Made by a program: the position numbers and the translations under genes
DNA from: Escherichia phage JY01
DNA: 64,000 bases
Direction: 5' to 3' (one strand)
Sequence record: OR995200.1
In this document: positions 57,503-64,000 of the stretch, one piece after another
Layout: each line of letters opens with the position of its first letter
Position numbering within the stretch: position 1 is the first letter of the stretch
The notes under the pieces: model-generated
What the model saw: only the letters and a program-made list of their open reading frames with translations
What the model was told of the DNA's origin: nothing
The model's database searches: none

Positions 57503-58390
57503 TTAAGATTTAAGTAAATCAACAATTTTAATTAATTTTTCACGCTCAGATTTAGCTTTACTACTCAATCCAGATAGTCTAAAAATTTCATCATCATATT
57601 GTTGAATAGAAATATTCAGCTCTTCAATCTGCTTATTAAAATAATCAATTTGTTCAGAATGTTTTTCGTTACTACGAACTGGTACAGGTTTTGTAGGCAA
57701 TTTAGTTGAACTGGATTCATCCGGGCGATAAATTAAAATACAACTTGAACCAATTGGACATTTTGCACCAGATGAATATTCTAATGTTCCAGATTCTTTT
57801 AAAACTTCAAAAGCTAAACAGAGATGATGACCCATATTGACATAATCAGTAGAGCGAGCTCTGATGTAATAATCATCTCCACGAGTACTAAATTTAAAGC
57901 ATTTAAGGTCTTCTGTATTATTGGTCTTAAAAATCATTTGTTTATCTAGACCTTTAGCTAATCGAGCGCCTAATGCTAATAATCGTCGTTGATTTTCCCA
58001 CAAATCTGCAATCATTTGGTCAAATGATAATTTTGGCATTAGTCGACCATAAAGGTCATATCCTTTATTATAATTACGAAGAATTTCACTCGCATTAATA
58101 CGAGACAATGCTCCAATTTTATTAAGGGCTTTCATGATGCGATTAGATAAACTCATTCCAGATCCGTTTGTTCGCTGTAAATGTTTTTCTAATCCAAATC
58201 CAATATCAACTTTAAATTTATCTAAAATTTCAGCATGAACATCTCTGTCAATAACATTCAAATCCAAAGTTGGGTTAAATCTATGAAAAAATTTATCTGG
58301 CTCTCCACGACGAAGTACAGTCCATTCATTCAATTTTTTATTAACTAAAGATTTAATTACTGTATTGACATTATTAATTACTACTGACAT
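57503..58390 (-). CDS. Coiled-coil-tailed hypothetical protein, paralog 4
   Basis: Trimmed to the ATG with GAGGA Shine-Dalgarno (295 aa). Core DLWENQRRLLALGARLAKG. C-terminal coiled coil. Confidence 0.45.
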   Translation of the reverse strand: MSVVINNVNTVIKSLVNKKLNEWTVLRRGEPDKFFHRFNPTLDLNVIDRDVHAEILDKFKVDIGFGLEKHLQRTNGSGMSLSNRIMKALNKIGALSRINASEILRNYNKGYDLYGRLMPKLSFDQMIADLWENQRRLLALGARLAKGLDKQMIFKTNNTEDLKCFKFSTRGDDYYIRARSTDYVNMGHHLCLAFEVLKESGTLEYSSGAKCPIGSSCILIYRPDESSSTKLPTKPVPVRSNEKHSEQIDYFNKQIEELNISIQQYDDEIFRLSGLSSKAKSEREKLIKIVDLLKS

Positions 58391-58397
58391 ATTTTCC

Positions 58398-58805
58398 TCA
58401 CTCAATTTCAATTTTACTAAATACACAGAATATGATGGAAAAGACTATATAAGCACCGCATACAGATTGAACTAATACCATTCCAAAGAACCAAACGATA
58501 TTATCAAACAATGTCTGTTTTACGTCGAAAGGACGTAAACTTACAGTAATATTATCACCTTTTTCTATTGAAGAATACATCTCTGGGGAAATATATTCAC
58601 TAAATCTATAACCGTCTTTGAGTTCATATACGGCAATAAACGATAAACTAGACCCCTTTCCTTGAGTTCCTGTAATGGTATTAACTACAGTAACATCATA
58701 ATCTTTATAATGCATATAATCATTAATAGCATAATAACCATATGCAATTACTATACATAAACAACATATCAATAAATTCAATCTTTTAATTATCAACTGT
58801 TTCAT
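58398..58805 (-). CDS. Membrane protein (135 aa)
   Basis: N-terminal and C-terminal transmembrane helices around a soluble domain. Confidence 0.5.
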   Translation of the reverse strand: MKQLIIKRLNLLICCLCIVIAYGYYAINDYMHYKDYDVTVVNTITGTQGKGSSLSFIAVYELKDGYRFSEYISPEMYSSIEKGDNITVSLRPFDVKQTLFDNIVWFFGMVLVQSVCGAYIVFSIIFCVFSKIEIE

Positions 58806-58860
58806 AATAATCTCAATTAAAAGGGCTTAGAACCATTATACCATCCTTGGTATAAAGCGG

Positions 58861-59388
58861 TTATGCGAGTACCGTCTTTAACCGTTCTTCAAATTTCCGA
58901 AGAGTGTTCTGGCGTTCAGCTCTTTGCTTTTTGTAAGTTTCAATACGCTCTGAAATGAGAGTGTATCGTTCATTTACTGATTCTTTCATAAAATCAGGAA
59001 TTTCACGAGAAGCTTTAATCTCATCAAATTTATCAATAACAGCTTGCTCTTCAGCAATTAAGTTATCATACATTAAAATATCTTTCTTGATGAACTCAAT
59101 ATCTTCTTGAGTTACACGAGATAATTTAGATGCTTTATCCTTTTTGTACTGTTCGTTAGTATCACGAGACCAGTGTAATGTACGATTTTTATTCGTATTT
59201 TTGTAAATTTCTACAATACCAATTTCATCAATAATAACGATCCAATTCCAACGGGATTTGTAAATTTGTCCTCCATCAACAGTGATTTCACCTCCGATTG
59301 AGATGTCGTTAAAGAACTTGCTTTGTGCTTCAGATTTAAATTTACCATCGTTGTAATTTACCAAGTTGAAAATATCTTTAGCGTTCAT
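58861..59388 (-). CDS. Hypothetical protein (175 aa)
   Basis: Track ORF trimmed to the ATG following the leader GGAGGAACAGAAA. Charged, helical C-terminus. Confidence 0.5.
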   Translation of the reverse strand: MNAKDIFNLVNYNDGKFKSEAQSKFFNDISIGGEITVDGGQIYKSRWNWIVIIDEIGIVEIYKNTNKNRTLHWSRDTNEQYKKDKASKLSRVTQEDIEFIKKDILMYDNLIAEEQAVIDKFDEIKASREIPDFMKESVNERYTLISERIETYKKQRAERQNTLRKFEERLKTVLA

Positions 59389-59413
59389 TTTCTGTTCCTC
59401 CGTAGTTGATAGT

Positions 59414-59447
59414 TGTATAGTACCACAGAGGAACAGTCTTGTAAACA
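59414..59447 (-). promoter_or_regulatory. Early promoter cassette
   Basis: GTTTAC, spacer, TGTGGTACTATACAACTATCAACTACGGAGGAACAG. Confidence 0.5.
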
Positions 59448-59448
59448 A

Positions 59449-59763
59449 CTAAAAGAAACTTCTTTCACAATTTTTTCCACTGAACCAAGCGCTCACTGCT
59501 TTCTTAGTCTCAGGAGCAGTGTTATCCATAAACCATTCAAAGGCAGCCTTTTTATGATTCTGGAGGGCTTCTCGGGCTTTAATCTGCTCACGGTCTATTA
59601 ACACTAACATATGAGCCTTTCTTGTCACCAAGGGCTTCTTATGATTCTTGGAGTATTCCCAGTCATTTGTCCAACGCATTGTCGTTGCGAACTGAAATAC
59701 TGCTTCTTTAATTTTAGTTTCGTAAATTTCACGAGCCTTTGAGTATAACATCATTACCTCCAT
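59449..59763 (-). CDS. Hypothetical protein (104 aa)
   Basis: ORF whose 3' end runs into the promoter cassette. Start uncertain. Confidence 0.35.
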   Translation of the reverse strand: MEVMMLYSKAREIYETKIKEAVFQFATTMRWTNDWEYSKNHKKPLVTRKAHMLVLIDREQIKAREALQNHKKAAFEWFMDNTAPETKKAVSAWFSGKNCERSFF

Positions 59764-59852
59764 TTACCAGTTTAATTCTAGTCATCTTTTTGATGGCAGT
59801 CCATATAATCTATTTCTGAACTGCCTTTTTGTCATAGAAGGCCTCTTATGAA

Positions 59853-60821
59853 TTATTTCAGAAGAGTAACCTCAGCAATTTCTTCCCAACCGTTTTTGTC
59901 GGTCATAATAAAGTCAGCAAGATAAAGAGCAGTACGCAGTGAAACATTGCGTAAACGATTAACATTGACTTTCATCCATGATAATGCTTTATAAGTTTCT
60001 TCATCAGAAAGACCGCGCTTTTGCATCATGTCAGTTGAAAGAATAACATCTTCAACCCTGACCATAATTTCTTCATTAGTGTGAACACCCAAATCCAAAT
60101 AAACTGAGCGGGACACTAATGCTTGTAAATGTGGAGCAAGTTTAGTACCACGGTCTAATTCGCGGTCAATGTCAACGTTTGTGATAAAAACAATCGTTCC
60201 TTTAAATTCAAACTCACGCTCAATGCCTTTTTCTTCTAAGTAAGAAGATGCAGTGCTCCAGCAGACTTTACGGGTCTCTCCAGTGTCCAGAGCGGCTTTT
60301 AGAAGATTAAGAATATCCATATCAGAGAAAACATCCACATCATCAATCAAAAGGACAGAATTCTCTTCACGATTATTCCAAAGCTGCTCATAAAGACCGA
60401 TACCGGAGATTTTACCGTTAATGCTTTTATATTCAATGTATCCAATATCATTTGCTTTATTTAAAGCTTTATCTAAAGAATACGTTTTACCAATACCTGC
60501 TGCACCAGAGATAATTAATGAACGAATGTTTCCGTTAATAATACCATTCGTCATCATTCCCATAACATTAAATCTTTTATTAATGCGGGTTTTCATATCT
60601 TCATACGATTCTTTAACTTCTTCAACTTTTACACCATCATATGAAATGTCTGATTTGTAAACCCAAACACCGCGACGTTTACCGTCAATTTCAACAAAAA
60701 CTTTACCATCTCCTTGTGCATCTACCGGAGCATTATCTGGGAACCATTCGCCTAAGAGCTCAAAAGTTCCAGAGATTTCTTTACCGAAGTAGATACCCTT
60801 ATTGATAGTTACAGTTTTCAT
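59853..60821 (-). CDS. AAA+ family ATPase (322 aa)
   Basis: Walker A SGAAGIGKTYS and Walker B VLLIDDVD. Track ORF trimmed from the TTG in the leader to the ATG. Confidence 0.6.
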   Translation of the reverse strand: MKTVTINKGIYFGKEISGTFELLGEWFPDNAPVDAQGDGKVFVEIDGKRRGVWVYKSDISYDGVKVEEVKESYEDMKTRINKRFNVMGMMTNGIINGNIRSLIISGAAGIGKTYSLDKALNKANDIGYIEYKSINGKISGIGLYEQLWNNREENSVLLIDDVDVFSDMDILNLLKAALDTGETRKVCWSTASSYLEEKGIEREFEFKGTIVFITNVDIDRELDRGTKLAPHLQALVSRSVYLDLGVHTNEEIMVRVEDVILSTDMMQKRGLSDEETYKALSWMKVNVNRLRNVSLRTALYLADFIMTDKNGWEEIAEVTLLK

Positions 60822-60856
60822 TTTATTCTCCAAATCTGTATCAGTAGTTGATAGTT

Positions 60857-60889
60857 GTATAGTACCATAAAGCTTTATGATTGTAAACC
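60857..60889 (-). promoter_or_regulatory. Early promoter cassette
   Basis: GTTTAC, spacer, TATGGTACTATACAACTATCAACTACTGATACAGATTTGGAGAATAAA-ATG. Confidence 0.55.
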
Positions 60890-60907
60890 GTTTTGTGAAA
60901 AATTTTT

Positions 60908-60932
60908 GAAATAAAAAAGGGAGCCCGAAGGC
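60908..60932 (-). terminator. Rho-independent terminator
   Basis: GGGAGCC-UUCG-GGCUCCC hairpin followed by TTTTTTATTT on the minus strand. Confidence 0.6.
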
Positions 60933-60938
60933 TCCCTA

Positions 60939-61952
60939 TCATTTATAATAACTTCGGTGGTTTTCAAGATAGACCTTCTCAAGGAAGTCATCCCAGAAAC
61001 TCATGTCTACTGTTTTAGGCATACCGTTCTTAGAAGCTTCAGTAGATGCTGCTTCTACTTGATCGACCACATCTTCTAAAAACTCTTGAACCGTTTTAAA
61101 TGGATGCTTACCCAACTTCACGTCGAGAATAAATGGAGCGTCTTGAAGTGGATAAATCAAGTCGCCAGTTTTGTAAATTTCCAATAGTTGAAGTCCACCA
61201 CGACAGGCATGACTCAGAGCTTTCCAGTCAATGCCTTCATTGGCTTCGGCCTTACGAGCACGTTCACCATATTCAGCATCTAATTTGTTCAGTGACTGCT
61301 TAAGCTCAATAAGAGAAAGCGTTGTCTGATATTTACGACCCAATACAGTGTAGAACGTTTGTGGACCTGTTTTCTCATGATTATGGAATACCCATTCACA
61401 GAACTCGTTTTCTGGAAGACGATGCTTAATATCTTCAATTTTAGTGCGACGTTGTCCTTGTGTTCCATCTTCTCGGTAGACATTCCGTTGATCAGGAATT
61501 TGATTAACTACTTTCAATACATCACGTAATGCAGCCAAACGAGAACCCTTGACACCGTATTTAGAAGCTTGCTTGCGGACATATCCTAAATAGGATTTCA
61601 TGTTAGTCGTATAAAAACGAGAACGGTTGTCTTGAATAAACTTCCACACATCAGGCAAATCGGATTTAACCACTAGTTCAGGTGGAGTGTGAAGCATATC
61701 CAATGCTACAGTTTCACCATCTGCTGCTAATTTAAAGAAATATTTAAGACTGTATAGTTCATGGTCAATATCATCTTTAGTGTTTTTAGATGATGTGTTG
61801 TTAGTGTTTTTACTCATATGCTCTTTAACATTTCCGATAAGAATATCGCGAGCACGAGGAACAAAGATTTCTTTAAAATCTACATCAGATTCTGGAGTAG
61901 AAGTTCCATAAAGATGACTACCAAAATAGCTTTTCATTACTGTTTTCATCAT
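60939..61952 (-). CDS. Nucleotidyltransferase-motif protein (pol-beta / MNT-type), 337 aa
   Basis: N-terminal FGSHLYGTSTPESDVDF fits the GS-x(9-13)-DxD nucleotidyltransferase signature. The rest of the protein is not recognised. Confidence 0.5.
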   Translation of the reverse strand: MMKTVMKSYFGSHLYGTSTPESDVDFKEIFVPRARDILIGNVKEHMSKNTNNTSSKNTKDDIDHELYSLKYFFKLAADGETVALDMLHTPPELVVKSDLPDVWKFIQDNRSRFYTTNMKSYLGYVRKQASKYGVKGSRLAALRDVLKVVNQIPDQRNVYREDGTQGQRRTKIEDIKHRLPENEFCEWVFHNHEKTGPQTFYTVLGRKYQTTLSLIELKQSLNKLDAEYGERARKAEANEGIDWKALSHACRGGLQLLEIYKTGDLIYPLQDAPFILDVKLGKHPFKTVQEFLEDVVDQVEAASTEASKNGMPKTVDMSFWDDFLEKVYLENHRSYYK

Positions 61953-62410
61953 TCAGCCTTATATTCAATAACAGGACATACTTTAGCTTTACGGGCTTTT
62001 AAAAATTCGACGATAATAGATTTCTTGGGTTGAATAGGAGGTAAACCTTTATACGCCCTATCAATATTTTCTACATGTAAAGCATAATCCTTTTTCCATT
62101 TATAATCTTTATATTTTTCATGCAGTTGTGCAGGAATAACAAATGAACCAATAATAAGTAAAACAAGCAAAATGGCAAGTATAAATGCTGATGGAATAAG
62201 AGTCCATAAACTACCAAAAATAAGCCATTTCTGCATGATTTCTGCACAGATAATAGTTAGACCTGCGAGTATAGTACATCCGAAAAAAGAAACGAAAAAT
62301 GTAGGAATAACAACAGACCAAAAATACGCGCATAGTGTCTTAGGTCGTTGCCATTCATCGTTAAACAATTTGAATAATTTATAGTGCCAAGAGTTTTCAT
62401 TAATAATCAT
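61949..62410 (-). CDS. Polytopic membrane protein (153 aa)
   Basis: Three or four hydrophobic helices. Stop overlaps the nucleotidyltransferase start by 4 nt. Confidence 0.5.
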   Translation of the reverse strand: MIINENSWHYKLFKLFNDEWQRPKTLCAYFWSVVIPTFFVSFFGCTILAGLTIICAEIMQKWLIFGSLWTLIPSAFILAILLVLLIIGSFVIPAQLHEKYKDYKWKKDYALHVENIDRAYKGLPPIQPKKSIIVEFLKARKAKVCPVIEYKAE

Positions 62411-62412
62411 AA

Positions 62413-62934
62413 TTATCCTTTCATTGAAGGCGTAACGGTTGTTAAATACTTAATCATAGCTTCAGCTTCTGATTTTGATAATGAAATTTCTTCATTGTTT
62501 TGACGAATAGAAATAAAATCCGGATGACGGTCACCACCAGCTTTTAAAACACACATATAAGTATCGACTTCGCCTTCAATATTTGAAATGATTGAAGCAG
62601 TTCCGCATGAATGTGGTTTTTGATAAATCAATACAGCTTTTCTTCCACCGTTTGACTGTTCATAGGCTTTTAATACATCAAGCAAATCAGTTCTTTTATC
62701 AATAGCTAAAATGTTATTTTCATCTTCAATGTTAAATCCTTCGGATACTTCATAAAGTGTTACCCATAAATCACCGATGTCAATAACAGCATTTACTTTT
62801 CCACGACTTTCAAGAGTATGACAAATTTTCTTGATTTCGTCATAACTCATTTTAATAATATCATCTCCTTGACTAAGGAAGATGTCATTTTTAAATTCAA
62901 CACGAATTAAACCGCTTCCACTTGAAATAAACAT
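62413..62934 (-). CDS. Hypothetical protein (173 aa), tandem paralog a
   Basis: C-terminal SKSEAEAMIKYLTTVTPSM resembles the end of the upstream 184-aa gene. Confidence 0.45.
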   Translation of the reverse strand: MFISSGSGLIRVEFKNDIFLSQGDDIIKMSYDEIKKICHTLESRGKVNAVIDIGDLWVTLYEVSEGFNIEDENNILAIDKRTDLLDVLKAYEQSNGGRKAVLIYQKPHSCGTASIISNIEGEVDTYMCVLKAGGDRHPDFISIRQNNEEISLSKSEAEAMIKYLTTVTPSMKG

Positions 62935-62940
62935 ATTTCC

Positions 62941-63495
62941 TCACTTTGAAATCATAGTTGGAATGACAGAATCAAGATAAGTCTTTAGTGCAATAGCTTC
63001 GTCTTTGGTAAATGTGACAATATGTGATCGAAAATCGTCAATTTGACGAATAGATACTATATCTCCCTCTTCATAGCATTTTGAAACATTTAAAATAGTT
63101 TCATCATTCTGATTACAGGAGTTAGTAATAATAGCATTACATTTTTTAAACCATTTTAAATTATGTTTTCTTTTAGTAGAATCATAAAAATATTTAATGT
63201 TAGTTATAAAATTATCCCAATTATTAATTGATAAGCACATTGACTCGCTTTTAATATTAAATCCTGGGCATGAAGAATAAAAATGAATTTTATGCTCATC
63301 ATTAATGCTTACAATTTTATCAGTGTAAGCATATTCAATTTGGGTTAAATGAACAATTTCACTAGACGTAAAATATAACATATCATCTTCTTGCGTCAAA
63401 CGATACATGTTATTTACTTTTTCTATAGCCAATTCACCAAAAAGCACACTATCTTCTAATACTAATCGTTTCATATTAATCCTTTTTATTGGCAT
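62941..63495 (-). CDS. Hypothetical protein (184 aa), tandem paralog b
   Basis: C-terminal TKDEAIALKTYLDSVIPTM. Confidence 0.45.
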   Translation of the reverse strand: MPIKRINMKRLVLEDSVLFGELAIEKVNNMYRLTQEDDMLYFTSSEIVHLTQIEYAYTDKIVSINDEHKIHFYSSCPGFNIKSESMCLSINNWDNFITNIKYFYDSTKRKHNLKWFKKCNAIITNSCNQNDETILNVSKCYEEGDIVSIRQIDDFRSHIVTFTKDEAIALKTYLDSVIPTMISK

Positions 63496-63754
63496 GAATT
63501 TGTTCTAAAATTTTAGAGTATTCCTTTGTATCAGATTTACGTACAATCGATACACTATACGGCATACTATCGGTGTCTTTTATAAAGCGTTCCAAATGAC
63601 ATTCTAATAAAATTTCTGGATTATAAATCGTGTACATCAAATTACCTGTTGCTCCACGATATTGACAGATTTCTACTGATTGAACACCATTCCATAATTT
63701 TGTTAAGACCAAATCACCTACTTCTAATTTAGGAAAGCCCATGTTATTCACCAA
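63476..63754 (-). CDS. Hypothetical protein (92 aa)
   Basis: ORF overlapping neighbours by a few codons. Confidence 0.4.
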   Translation of the reverse strand: MVNNMGFPKLEVGDLVLTKLWNGVQSVEICQYRGATGNLMYTIYNPEILLECHLERFIKDTDSMPYSVSIVRKSDTKEYSKILEQIHANKKD

Positions 63755-63929
63755 TTAAAGTTTCAATATAAGAATCAAGATTTACTTTAGCTTCTTCCAT
63801 AAGAGTTTTGTATTTAATCTTGTTGGCATGTCCGGAGAAAGCTGATTCATCAATAATTGTTGATGTATGAACAGCTTTACTATACGTCTCAATTAATTCT
63901 CTTAATTTAAAAGCCTGCTCACTTGTCAT
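63744..63929 (-). CDS. Hypothetical protein (61 aa)
   Basis: Small ORF at the window end. Confidence 0.35.
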   Translation of the reverse strand: MTSEQAFKLRELIETYSKAVHTSTIIDESAFSGHANKIKYKTLMEEAKVNLDSYIETLIGE

Positions 63930-64000
63930 TACATACTCCTTTGAATAATATCAATAATGTTGTTCACCAAATTATAAGTAAACATTGGGTAATTATATTG

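Noticed and set aside
61289-61483. Track ORFs nested in the same strand but a different frame within large genes (61289-61483 in the nucleotidyltransferase gene, 34345-34530 in gene 43, 8068-8286 in rIIB, 31822-32025, 41873-42136)
   Set aside because: Embedded out-of-frame in longer genes that have motif support. No independent evidence.
1-64000. CRISPR arrays, tRNA or rRNA genes, integrase/transposase
   Set aside because: No direct-repeat/spacer periodicity, no cloverleaf-like conserved tRNA segments and no recombinase motifs were seen. The repeats present are promoter cassettes and hairpins.

Overview
The window is a T-even (T4-type) myovirus early/middle region; no other reading fits the gene order and protein lengths. 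Nearly every gene is on the minus strand, so transcription runs from high to low coordinates. From low to high coordinates the order is: t (holin, 5'-truncated at the window edge, + strand), asiA, arn, motA, gene 52, ac/stp/ndd, denB, rIIB, rIIA, gene 39, a goF/cef/motB-type block, dexA, dda, modA/modB, soc, 56, 61, sp/dmd, 41, 40, uvsX, a glycosyltransferase, 42, imm, 43, regA, 62/44/45, rpbA, 46/47, an a-gt-position gene, 55, nrdH/nrdG/nrdD, 49, nrdC, then a block of uncharacterised genes (54-64 kb). The phage is not T4 itself: gene 39 is a single 606-aa ORF, nrdD is uninterrupted, no homing-endonuclease ORFs are evident, and a shorter GT-A-type glycosyltransferase sits where T4 has bgt. I saw no rRNA, tRNA or CRISPR. 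Non-coding structure is dominated by a repeated early promoter-leader cassette and a family of GGGC-UUCG-GCCC hairpins. The best candidates for something undescribed are in the 54-64 kb block: four tandem divergent coiled-coil paralogs, and an AAA+ ATPase next to a nucleotidyltransferase-motif protein. All calls rest on reading the sequence and on recalled T4 biology; no database search was run. Many six-frame ORF starts are upstream TTG/GTG artefacts and were trimmed to the ATG with a Shine-Dalgarno. Coordinates of promoters, hairpins and ORFs under 60 aa come from manual reading and may be off by a base or two.
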